From an uncultured Planctomycetota bacterium (GTDB taxonomy: Bacteria > Planctomycetota > PUPC01): DNA of 64,000 bases. Positions within the stretch are counted from its first letter, which is position 1; each line of letters starts with the position of its first letter. The notes beneath the pieces are model-generated. The model did no database searches, was not told where the DNA came from, and saw only the letters and a program-made list of their open reading frames with translations. Positions 28,252 to 36,674 of this stretch are shown in pieces. A program made the position numbers and the translations under genes. The stretch spans positions 29,397 to 93,396 of the forward strand of contig CAYLQD010000004.1 in NCBI GenBank assembly GCA_964385685.1, written 5' to 3'.

Positions 28252-29942
28252 GCGGACTTCTGTCGCCAGACCAGGTTGATGAGCGCCGGGAGTTGTTTCG
28301 GCGGTGCCTGAACATGGACATCCTTCGAGCGCAGCGCTATGCGGTAGAACTCTCCGAAGAGAAGTTCCTCGAAGCCATCAACGGCACGGCGCGAGACCTG
28401 CTCGGGATGAACATGAAGGTTCCGGCTGATTTCCCTGACAACTATTTCGGCCAGTACTACACGATTCAGAACCGGACGCTCGCCGCCGGCAACATCTGGG
28501 ATCAGTTGGAAAACGACATCGTGCAGTGTCTCACGGCTGAGCGGGAGACGCGCGAAGCCCTGGAGTACTTCCTGAATCAGCCGGGATACGAAGCAGACTT
28601 CACTGGGATCAAGGCGCGATTCAACCGATGGCGGAATACACTGGATGTCCTCCTCGGCTTCCGCCTTATCCGCAAGATGCCAAGCCGGACCCGGGACGTC
28701 ACGACCTACGCTCTCTATAACGAGATGGCCCCCTTGCTGAGACGGGTCCTTTCGTCTTCGGCGGCCGACGACCTGCCGGTCATCAACTCGGAAGCGGCGC
28801 AGGCCGAGCTTGCGAACGTCCACGAAATGGAGCGCGAATACGAGCAGTACCTCGAAGGACTGGTCGAGCAGCGCCTGGACGAGACCGTCGAGTTCGGACG
28901 GCAGCACATGAGCTTAGGACTCGTCGCCACGTACTTCAAGGAACTCTTCGGCGGCCTGCTTTATTTCGACGTGCTGCTCTCGTTGGCCCAGCAGTACGGC
29001 ATGACCGCCACGGACATCGTGAATCCCGAGGGCACCAAGGCCGGCTCGACGGGCTTTCATCTGGCGCTCTTCGGCGCTCCGGGAACCGGGAAGACTTTTG
29101 CCATCAAAGACATGATTATGGGCGATGAAAGCAGGACCATACGGCCCCACGGGCTCCCGGGCCTCAACCGGTACTGCGGCGGGATGACGGCGGCAAACTT
29201 CATCCGCATCGGCGAAGCGTACCAGGGCAAGCGTTTCAACTTCGTTGTCACCGAGTTCAACGACTGGTTCCGGTACAAAGGGATGGTCGAACCGCTCAAG
29301 TTAGCCCTTGAGCAGGGCACCATCCGTTACGAGACAAAGACCGAGACTATCGGACCGTACAAATTCAGTTGCTATTTCTCCACCAACTACAACACGAAAA
29401 CAGACAAGGAAGCAGGCTACAGGGTCACGGTTGCTGATCCGAACTTCAACGCCATAGAGGACAGGATGCTCGTTCGGATGCACCGTATGACGAAGGAACG
29501 GCTCGGAGAACTAAGCCGCAGCCAGCGCGATCTCGCGATGGGACGCATGAAGATGCGCCTGGCGGACCAGATAAGAGATCACCTGACCCTTGTATACGCT
29601 GTCCAGACGGAACATCCCCTGGTGAGTGCGCGGTTCCCCAGAAAGCAAGTGGTCTTGAGAGAGGGCTTCTTTGACGCGCTGGAGCACGCCCAGGAAGCTC
29701 TTCTTCGCCAGATAGAGGGGCGTATCCTCTTCAGCATCCGCGTGCGGCAAAACGCCATCAAGTTGGCCGGGGCGTTGGCACTCCTATCCTCTTTCCGGGG
29801 CGACCTCGCACGGCTCGAGATTCCCGATGAGGCGCGCGACCTTGCGCTCCGCTTCTTCGTGGAGGAGATCGCCGTCCGACAGAAGGTTGCCGTAGACGTC
29901 AACGCTGTTCTCGGCGAGCTGCCTGCCGGGCTCGCCAAGTGA
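28248..29942 (+). CDS. P-loop (AAA+-like) ATPase with ~270-aa N-terminal domain of unknown function
   Basis: Walker A LALFGAPGTGKTF, Walker B-like FNFVVTEFNDW, sensor-like CYFSTNYNT. The ATG overlaps the MTase stop (ATGA), implying translational coupling. Confidence 0.7.
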   Translation: MSGLLSPDQVDERRELFRRCLNMDILRAQRYAVELSEEKFLEAINGTARDLLGMNMKVPADFPDNYFGQYYTIQNRTLAAGNIWDQLENDIVQCLTAERETREALEYFLNQPGYEADFTGIKARFNRWRNTLDVLLGFRLIRKMPSRTRDVTTYALYNEMAPLLRRVLSSSAADDLPVINSEAAQAELANVHEMEREYEQYLEGLVEQRLDETVEFGRQHMSLGLVATYFKELFGGLLYFDVLLSLAQQYGMTATDIVNPEGTKAGSTGFHLALFGAPGTGKTFAIKDMIMGDESRTIRPHGLPGLNRYCGGMTAANFIRIGEAYQGKRFNFVVTEFNDWFRYKGMVEPLKLALEQGTIRYETKTETIGPYKFSCYFSTNYNTKTDKEAGYRVTVADPNFNAIEDRMLVRMHRMTKERLGELSRSQRDLAMGRMKMRLADQIRDHLTLVYAVQTEHPLVSARFPRKQVVLREGFFDALEHAQEALLRQIEGRILFSIRVRQNAIKLAGALALLSSFRGDLARLEIPDEARDLALRFFVEEIAVRQKVAVDVNAVLGELPAGLAK

Positions 29943-29948
29943 CCCAAT

Positions 29949-30569
29949 TCACATATTGATGAAAATGCGGAAGGTCTCGCGGCCGAACAATGTAACGAGA
30001 GTCACAACAACGCCCGCGAGCAGCACGCCGGCGAGGATGCCGGGGAACGCCCGCCGCGCCCGCACGTGCATCAGGAACGCGAGCAGCGAGCCGGTCCATG
30101 CGCCCGTCACGGGCAAGGGAATCGCCACGAAGATCGCGAGCCCGAGCGCTTCGTACTTCTCGACAAGGTCCCCTCCCCGCCGCCGCGATCGCTCGAAGAC
30201 CCATGTGAAGAACCGGTGCCAGAGCTTCGACCGCTTCATCAGAAAGCTTGAGACGGGGCCGATCAGCAGGATGATGGGGATGATGGGGATCAGGTTGCCG
30301 ATGACGGACAACACGTATGCCTGCCACCACGGCATCTTGTAGTACAGGATCGCGACGGGGATCGAGCCGCGGAGTTCGAGGATCGGAAGGGTCGCGAGGA
30401 TAACGACCACGGCCGACGGCCCGGCGCCCTGCCCCTCCAGCCATCGGACCAGCTTCGGCGGCTCACTCGTCGCCTCGTCGGCGGCGCTCAGGGCGGCCTG
30501 CAGCGGGCCTGCGAGAAGGACGACGCAGAGAAGAACGGCCGCACAGAGGGATGCTCGGGGCGTTCGCAT
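29949..30569 (-). CDS. small multidrug-export-like membrane protein (COG2426/Sm_multidrug_ex-like)
   Basis: Maximal ORF runs to 30707, but ATG at 30569 overlaps the bioA stop (TGATG). LPILELRGSIPVAI…LGLAIFVAIPLPVTGAWTGSLLAF resembles the Sm_multidrug_ex family. Confidence 0.65.
   Translation of the reverse strand: MRTPRASLCAAVLLCVVLLAGPLQAALSAADEATSEPPKLVRWLEGQGAGPSAVVVILATLPILELRGSIPVAILYYKMPWWQAYVLSVIGNLIPIIPIILLIGPVSSFLMKRSKLWHRFFTWVFERSRRRGGDLVEKYEALGLAIFVAIPLPVTGAWTGSLLAFLMHVRARRAFPGILAGVLLAGVVVTLVTLFGRETFRIFINM
29951..29987. repeat. 37-bp direct repeat, right copy (ACATATTGATGAAAATGCGGAAGGTCTCGCGGCCGAA)
   Basis: It is the authentic 3' end (last 12 codons + TGA) of the membrane-protein gene 29949-30569. 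Confidence 0.85.
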
Positions 30570-31930
30570 CAGTCGTGTTGCTCCGTCACTTCGCGGATCG
30601 AGTCGTAGAGGATATCGAGCATCCGGTCGAGGACGTCCTCCGTCATGCACAGAGCGGGCATAATGACGATTACGTTGCCGAGCGGCCGCGTGATGAGACC
30701 GCGACACCGCGCCGCCTGCGTCACGCGGATGCCGATCTTGTCGGCCGGTTCGTATTCCTCCTTCGTATCGCGGTCGCGGACAAGCTCGATCCCTGCGATC
30801 AGGCCGCGTTGGCGGATGTCGCCGACATGCGTCAGCTCGCGGAATCCCTCCAGCCGCTGCGCCAGTTGCTCAATTCTCGGTTGGATCGCATCGAGCGTTC
30901 GGTCTTTTTCGAAGATGCCGAGCGTCGCCAGCGCGGCCGCGCAGCCGAGTGCGTTGCCCGTGTAGGTGTGGCCGTGGAAAAACGTCTTTGATTCCTCATA
31001 CTCCCCGAGGAACGCGGCGTAGATCTCATCGGTCGTGAGGGTCGCCGCGAGCGGCAGGTACCCGCCCGTCAGGCCCTTGGCGAGCGCCAGAATGTCGGGC
31101 GACACGTCCTCGTGCTCGCACGCGAACATCTTCCCCGTGCGGCCGAAGCCCACAGCGACCTCGTCGCAGATAAGGAGGACGTCGTACTTGTCGCACAGCG
31201 CCCGAACGCCGGCGAGGTAACCGAGCGGGTGCACGATCATACCGCCTGCGCCCTGCACCAGCGGCTCCATCACAACGGCGATAACCTCGTCGGCGCGGTC
31301 TTCGAGCAGCTCGTCCATCGCGCCGAGGCACGCCATCGAGCACGTCTCCGGCTCGCGGCCGAGTGAACAGCGATAGCAATACGGCGCCGGGGCTCGCAGC
31401 GTCTCAAAGAGCAACGGGCCATAGAGGCCCTGGAAGACCGGGATGCCGCCGACGCTGACGGCGCCGACCGTGTCGCCGTGATAAGCGAGGTCGAGGGCGA
31501 CGAACTTCGTCCGTCCCTCTTCCCCCTTGAGCCGCCAGTATTGGAACGCGATCTTGAGAGCGATCTCCACCGCCTCCGAACCGCTGTCGGAGTAGAAGAC
31601 CTTGTTGAGTTCGCCGGGGGCAAGCCGGGCGAGCCGCTCGGCAAGCTCGATCGGCGGCGGTGCCGTCGTGCCCAGCATAGTCGCGTGTGCGATCCGGCCG
31701 AGCTGGTCGCGGACGGCCGCGTCGATCTCCGGGCGGCGATGCCCGAACAGATTGCACCAAAGCGACGACACGCCGTCGATGTAGGCGTTGCCGTCAGTGT
31801 CGTAGAGCGTCGTGCCCTCGCCGCGCTCGATGACAAGCGGTTCCTCCGCGAGCCAGTCCCGCATCTGAGTGAAGGGATGCCAGAAGTGTTCCTTGTCCTT
31901 CTCGGCGAGTTCGCGCGTGCGATCGGTCAT
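30569..31930 (-). CDS. bioA: adenosylmethionine-8-amino-7-oxononanoate aminotransferase
   Basis: FWHPFTQM, SSLWCNLFGH, AFQYWRLKGEE, YHGDTVGAVSVGG and a CDEVAVGFGRTG (PLP-Lys region) closely parallel E. coli BioA. Confidence 0.9.
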   Translation of the reverse strand: MTDRTRELAEKDKEHFWHPFTQMRDWLAEEPLVIERGEGTTLYDTDGNAYIDGVSSLWCNLFGHRRPEIDAAVRDQLGRIAHATMLGTTAPPPIELAERLARLAPGELNKVFYSDSGSEAVEIALKIAFQYWRLKGEEGRTKFVALDLAYHGDTVGAVSVGGIPVFQGLYGPLLFETLRAPAPYCYRCSLGREPETCSMACLGAMDELLEDRADEVIAVVMEPLVQGAGGMIVHPLGYLAGVRALCDKYDVLLICDEVAVGFGRTGKMFACEHEDVSPDILALAKGLTGGYLPLAATLTTDEIYAAFLGEYEESKTFFHGHTYTGNALGCAAALATLGIFEKDRTLDAIQPRIEQLAQRLEGFRELTHVGDIRQRGLIAGIELVRDRDTKEEYEPADKIGIRVTQAARCRGLITRPLGNVIVIMPALCMTEDVLDRMLDILYDSIREVTEQHD

Positions 31931-31936
31931 TGGTGG

Positions 31937-32680
31937 TCACGCCTGGCTGTCGGCGGCGAGCTTCACGGCCTCGGCCAGGTCGATGGCCTCCGCGTAGAGC
32001 GCCTTGCCGATGATGATGCCTTCAAGCGGCAGTTCGGTCAGGCGGCGGACGTCGTCGAGTGTCGAGACACCGCCCGAGGCGATAACGGGAACGTCGATCT
32101 TCTCCGCGAGTTGGCGCGTCGCCTCCACGTTCGGCCCGGTCATCATCCCGTCGGTCGCGATGTCGGTGAAGACGATGGCGGCAACGCCGCTGCCGGCCAA
32201 GCGTTCGGCCACGTCGAGCGCCTCCAACCCGGAATCGCGCGTCCAGCCCTCGATGGCGACACGTCCGTCGCGTGCATCGACGCCGCCGACGATGCGGCCC
32301 GGATAGCGCTCGCAGACGGAGGCGAGCCAGGTGAGGTCGGCGACGGCCTGCGTGCCGACGACAACACGCTTCGCGCCGATCTTCTCGAGCACGTTCTCGA
32401 CGGAGTCGTCGTCCCGGATGCCGCCGCCGATCTGGACGTTGCCCCCAAAGGCGGCGACGATTTCCGCGATCGTGTTGGCGTTGACGGGTTGCCCGCCGAA
32501 CGCGCCGTCGAGATCGACCACGTGCAGCCACTGCGCGCCGGCGCCGGCCCATCGGCGGGCGATGGCGGGCGGGTCGTCGGAGAACTCGGTCTCGGCGTCG
32601 GCGCGGCCCTGGAGCAGGCGGACGCAGCGGCAGCGCCCGCACTCGTCCTGTTTGAGGTCAATGGCAGGAAAGATGTGCAT
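31937..32680 (-). CDS. hisA: phosphoribosylformimino-5-aminoimidazole carboxamide ribotide isomerase
   Basis: MHIFPAIDLK…VVDLDGA…GGGIR…ASGGV (HisA/HisF fold). Maximal ORF extends to 32821; start placed at ATG 32680. Confidence 0.85.
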   Translation of the reverse strand: MHIFPAIDLKQDECGRCRCVRLLQGRADAETEFSDDPPAIARRWAGAGAQWLHVVDLDGAFGGQPVNANTIAEIVAAFGGNVQIGGGIRDDDSVENVLEKIGAKRVVVGTQAVADLTWLASVCERYPGRIVGGVDARDGRVAIEGWTRDSGLEALDVAERLAGSGVAAIVFTDIATDGMMTGPNVEATRQLAEKIDVPVIASGGVSTLDDVRRLTELPLEGIIIGKALYAEAIDLAEAVKLAADSQA

Positions 32681-32681
32681 G

Positions 32682-33347
32682 CTATTCTTTGATCTTTGCG
32701 ATATCGTTTTCGCGGCCGACGATGAAGAGCGTGTCGCCTGCCCGGATTTCGCGATCCGCCGACGGAATACTCTCGAGTTCGCCGCTCTCGTCGGCCGTCG
32801 CGGCGCCATGACGGATGGCAATCACGTCGAGCCGCATCTCGCGCCGCAGGTCGAGCTGGCGAAGCGTCTTGCCGACGAACTGCGACGGGGCCTTGATTCC
32901 CCAGACGCTGAATCCATCGGCGAGCGGAAGCGAGTCGAGCACGTTCGGCCGCACGAGGCTCGCGACGACGCGCTTTGCCTGCTCCTCGGACGGCGACACG
33001 ACCTGCGTCGCTCCGACGCGGTCGAGAATCTTCGCGTGGTCCTTCGAGTTCGCCTTGACGACAATCTCCCGGACGCCCGCCTCCTTCGCGTAGAGCGTGG
33101 CGAGGACCGAGGCCTCGATCTGCGGCCCGAGGCTGATGATGACGCAGTCGATCCCTTCGCCGAGGAACTTGACCATCGTCGAGCGATCGGTCGCCTCGCC
33201 GACAACGGCCGTCGTGGCCCGGCTCTTGATCTCGTTGACGAGGTCCGAATCAGAATCGATCACGAGCACCTCGCACCCGTACCGCAGCAGGTTCTCGGTC
33301 ACGGCCCGGCCGAACTGGCCCAGCCCCAACACCGCAAACTGCTTCAC
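32682..33347 (-). CDS. trkA: Trk/Ktr potassium uptake system NAD-binding subunit
   Basis: VLGLGQFG Rossmann motif. 221 aa KtrA/TrkA-N plus TrkA-C layout. Confidence 0.85.
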   Translation of the reverse strand: MKQFAVLGLGQFGRAVTENLLRYGCEVLVIDSDSDLVNEIKSRATTAVVGEATDRSTMVKFLGEGIDCVIISLGPQIEASVLATLYAKEAGVREIVVKANSKDHAKILDRVGATQVVSPSEEQAKRVVASLVRPNVLDSLPLADGFSVWGIKAPSQFVGKTLRQLDLRREMRLDVIAIRHGAATADESGELESIPSADREIRAGDTLFIVGRENDIAKIKE

Positions 33348-33359
33348 GTGTTCCCCCTT

Positions 33360-34769
33360 TCAACCGACGAGGAGGTATTCCTCCGGGTACTGATACCGGT
33401 TCGACTTGTCCGCCGTGAAAACCATCTGCGCAAGCGCAAGCGGCCCGAGCCGGCCCAGATACATCACACATATGATGATGAGCTTGCCGCCCCATGTCAA
33501 GGCGCCCGTCTCGGCCGTGGTCAACATGCTGAGCCCGACGGTCCCGAACGCCGACACGACCTCGAACAGCAGTTCAACGAATTCCAGATCCTGGCCGCCT
33601 GCCCGTGCGGGGCCGTCGGTTATGAGGAGCAGCATCGTGGCGAACACGACCAGCAACACGCCAAGCACGGCGACGACGAGCGCCTTTGTGATTACGGCGG
33701 CCGGAATGGTCCGCCGGCCGACCTCCACGCGCTCGTGACCGCGCAGCCGAGCCAGCACGACCAGGAGGATGACGACGAGCGTCGTCGTCTTGATCCCGCC
33801 GGCCGTCGAGCCCGGCGAGCCGCCGATGACCATCAGGACCAGAGCCAGAAAGCCCGTCGCGTCGGACGCTTCGCCGAAGTCGAGCGTGTTGAAGCCCGCG
33901 GTGCGAGTCGTTACCGACTGGAACCACGCCACAGTGGCGCGTTCGCTCACCGATGCCTCTTCCGGACCAATCCTCGGCCGCTGGAACGCGAAGAAACCGG
34001 CCGTGCCCAGGACAAGGAGCACGATGGTCGCGATGAAGACGATCTTCGCGTGCAAGCTCAGCTTAACGCGGATGCCGCGCAGCCGCAGCCGGAACTTGTT
34101 GTAGACGTCGATGAGGGCCGGGAAGCCGATGCCGCCGAAGATGATCAGGCCCGGGACCATGAGGTTGATCGTCAGGTCGGCCCGGTATTCCTGAAAACTC
34201 GTCTGAAACAGCGAGAAACCCGCGTTGCAGAACGCCGAGATCGAGTGGAAAATGCCCGCCCACACGTGATGGTGTTCGAGCCCCTCGACGCCGCCGAACC
34301 GGCGGCTCAGCACAAACGCCCCGGCCACCTCCGCAATGAGCGTGAACCCGCCGACGATCAGGAGCAGGCGTCTCGCGGACCCGACGCCCGAGACCGTATA
34401 CTCGCCGCGCAGCATGATCAGGTTACGCAGCGACGAGCGATTCCCGAGCGTCAGCAGCACGAACGTCGACGTGGCCATGATGCCCAGCCCGCCGAACTGG
34501 ATGAGCAGCAGAACCACACCCTGGCCGAACGGCGTGAACCGCGATCCGGTCTCGACGACGATCAGGCCCGTCACACAGACGGCGGACGTCGCCGTGAAGG
34601 CCGCATCGACGAGCGAAATCGGTTCGGTGGTGGAGAACGGCAGCAGTAGAAGGACCGTGCCGACGCAGATGGCCGCGACGAAGAAGAGAGCCAGAAGCTG
34701 GACAGGGCCGAGCCCGGCCAGCCACCCTCGCACTCGTTCGACCACGCATGGCTCCCGTCGCGGGCTCAT
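33360..34769 (-). CDS. trkH: Trk/Ktr potassium transporter membrane subunit (TrkH/KtrB family)
   Basis: 469 aa polytopic protein with repeated pore-loop motifs (…TGL…, GGLG, GFS, SAFGTVG). Confidence 0.85.
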   Translation of the reverse strand: MSPRREPCVVERVRGWLAGLGPVQLLALFFVAAICVGTVLLLLPFSTTEPISLVDAAFTATSAVCVTGLIVVETGSRFTPFGQGVVLLLIQFGGLGIMATSTFVLLTLGNRSSLRNLIMLRGEYTVSGVGSARRLLLIVGGFTLIAEVAGAFVLSRRFGGVEGLEHHHVWAGIFHSISAFCNAGFSLFQTSFQEYRADLTINLMVPGLIIFGGIGFPALIDVYNKFRLRLRGIRVKLSLHAKIVFIATIVLLVLGTAGFFAFQRPRIGPEEASVSERATVAWFQSVTTRTAGFNTLDFGEASDATGFLALVLMVIGGSPGSTAGGIKTTTLVVILLVVLARLRGHERVEVGRRTIPAAVITKALVVAVLGVLLVVFATMLLLITDGPARAGGQDLEFVELLFEVVSAFGTVGLSMLTTAETGALTWGGKLIIICVMYLGRLGPLALAQMVFTADKSNRYQYPEEYLLVG

Positions 34770-34915
34770 GGGGCTCGCGCGGGCATGCCGCCCACGCCGT
34801 TCGCGCGGGCATTATAGCATTTTGCGCGCCGCCGCTTCAACCGACACCCCCGCCCTTCGAGCGGTGGCCGGCGGGCTCCGTGTGTTTCGTGGCAAGCAAG
34901 CCACCGCTCACTGAC

Positions 34916-35160
34916 CGCTGATCACTGCTTTCTTGTGCCTTGCTTGCCCTGAGCTTGTCGAAGGGGTGCCTTGGTGGCTGCAGAAGCCGTTGCCGTTCTT
35001 CGTGCTCTTCGTGAGCTTCGTGGTTGCTGAGGCCGTTGCCGCTCACCCCTGTTCCCTGCCCCCTGATCACTGCTTCTTTGTGCCTTTGTGCCTTGGTGGT
35101 AAGGAAGCCGTTGCCGTTCGCCTCCGTTCCCTGCTCCCTGATCACTGCTTCATTCGGTTC
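34916..35160. repeat. imperfect tandem repeats (~75-bp unit, ~2.3 copies, first copy with internal ~70-bp expansion) in 1.1-kb non-coding region
   Basis: The unit starts CTGATCACTGCTT(C/T)… and contains CCTTGGTGG…GAAGCCGTTGCCGTT…GTTCCCTGC(C/T)CC. Copies begin at 34916, 35061 and 35136. A GAAGCCGTTGC fragment recurs at 35597. Confidence 0.6.
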
Positions 35161-35908
35161 AGGGCGGATGTCCGGTCCTATGTCACGTCATCGCAGGACG
35201 GCGAAACTCCTTTCCGCGTTTGGCTCGAGGAAGTGCGAATGCGCGAGGTCGCGACGGGGTCGCTCGCCCGGTCGCTCCGCTTGCCAGACGGCCCAGACGT
35301 GGCCGGAAAAATCGGCCCGCCCAAACAAACCGTGCTCATCCGGCAGCAGACTCCCAGGCATCCTTCCACAAGCGGCCCGTACGCAGAAAACCGGGACTGG
35401 CACACCGTTGCCTGTCCCGTTTTCTGCCGGGCCGCCTCGCGTCGCTCTTTCAGACGCGCGCTCCTTCCAGGCGTCATCCCTTTCTACCCAACCCGCACGC
35501 TTTGAACCTCCATCCTCAGAAACACTCACCGCCGAGATCGCTGAGGACGCAGAGAGGAACATGAGCCGGTCTCTGCGATCTCTGCGTCCTCCGCGGTGAA
35601 GAAGCCGTTGCAGCGGGAAACCGTCCCCGTAGAATGCATACACCACAAATCGCCCCAATGCAAGCCCTCCAGCAAGAAATACCACACATTTCTTCGCAAG
35701 ATCTGGCTAACGGATGTTGTGGGCGTATGATACGCCGATGTCGATTGTGTGGCCTTTTTTGGCCAGGACGGAGATTCACGGCCTTTAGACGCAGATAAAC
35801 GCAGAGCGCGCAGACCCGGAAAGGGCCAGGGGGCCGCTTTTGGAGTGCGGCGGCACGACGCCGCTTTCAGTGCGCCCGGAGGGTGGAATTAGGTAAGACG
35901 TCCCCCGA

Positions 35909-36601
35909 TTAGGCCAGTCCCGTCTTCACATCCTTGAACCCGGGCGTAAGCGCTCGGGGGTCAGATTTGGCAAGTTGGACAAACGCCTTGAGGATATCTA
36001 TCGCGGCTACGCGGGCCGGGGCTCGTCGTGTCTTCTTCTTTTTCAGTCGGCCCAGCCATCCGTGGCTGAAGTTCTTGTGCCAGTCCACGAACTCGTCCCA
36101 GGTCCACCATTTCCCGGGTTTGGCGAAAGGCTCACACAGCACAAAGGCCATCCGATCCTTCTTGTCATCGGCATCTTGGTAGCCTGCGATGATCGCATCT
36201 TCCATCCACGGCGCTCTTGCCGGCGTACCTGAGTCGAGAGCTCTCTTCAGTGCCTGCCACGCTCCCTCAGGAGTCTTATACCGACGCCAATCCCACGCCG
36301 CCCCGGTGGAGTCTTTCACGCGCTGCCAAAGACCTTCCGGCGGCGTGCAGAACGCATAATCATTCAAGGGCTGGTGTTTCATCGGTTTGTAGACGAAGCT
36401 AGACCCAAAACCAGACATCGTCATCAGCGTCTCATAGTCCATCTTATTCCAGCCGGCCGCCTTCATACACACCAGGTCGCACATGATCCGTGTCATCGGC
36501 TGCCAGTACGTCTTGTCTGTATACTCGTTGACCCGATCAAAGATGTTCGATACGCGTTTCAGCAACACACGCTTCTGTTTCGTGTGCTTTGACTTGCTCA
36601 T
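35909..36601 (-). CDS. hypothetical protein (paralog 1 of a two-member family; Trp-rich C-terminal domain)
   Basis: 230 aa. Shares a conserved ~80-aa domain with the next gene (AWDWRRYKTPEGAWQALKRALDSGTP…EDAIIAGYQDADDKKDR…WWTWDEFVDW). Codon usage differs from neighbours (AAA/TTT/TAT/GAT codons). Confidence 0.5.
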   Translation of the reverse strand: MSKSKHTKQKRVLLKRVSNIFDRVNEYTDKTYWQPMTRIMCDLVCMKAAGWNKMDYETLMTMSGFGSSFVYKPMKHQPLNDYAFCTPPEGLWQRVKDSTGAAWDWRRYKTPEGAWQALKRALDSGTPARAPWMEDAIIAGYQDADDKKDRMAFVLCEPFAKPGKWWTWDEFVDWHKNFSHGWLGRLKKKKTRRAPARVAAIDILKAFVQLAKSDPRALTPGFKDVKTGLA

Positions 36602-36674
36602 TTGCTCACCTCCTGTTCCCTTTTCTAACCATTCGCTTCAGGCGCGGCTCCCAGCCGTCGCCTGGAAGCGGTTG

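Larger units (their letters stand above)
25376..29987. mobile_element. candidate integrated cassette/islet (~4.6 kb) bounded by 37-bp direct repeats, carrying MTase + ATPase genes; no integrase present
   Basis: Direct repeats duplicate the 3' end of the target gene (the att-like signature of site-specific integration into a gene's 3' end). The cargo is two overlapping genes. Confidence 0.45.

Noticed and set aside
31478-34649. 404-aa and 772-aa plus-strand ORFs
   Set aside because: They are antisense to the bioA, hisA, trkA and trkH genes. The products are low-complexity Arg/Asp/Glu-rich sequences.
34837-35505. ORFs of 102-190 aa in the 1.1-kb repeat region
   Set aside because: Their translations are dominated by the tandem repeat, giving repetitive artefactual peptides. 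There are no start-site signals. The region is treated as non-coding.
34770-35908. c-di-AMP (ydaO-type) riboswitch upstream of the trkH operon
   Set aside because: This was considered because Trk/Ktr operons are often so regulated. The conserved cores (GGGGACCCA, GGGUGAAUCC, CCGAAGGAG) were not found on the relevant strand.
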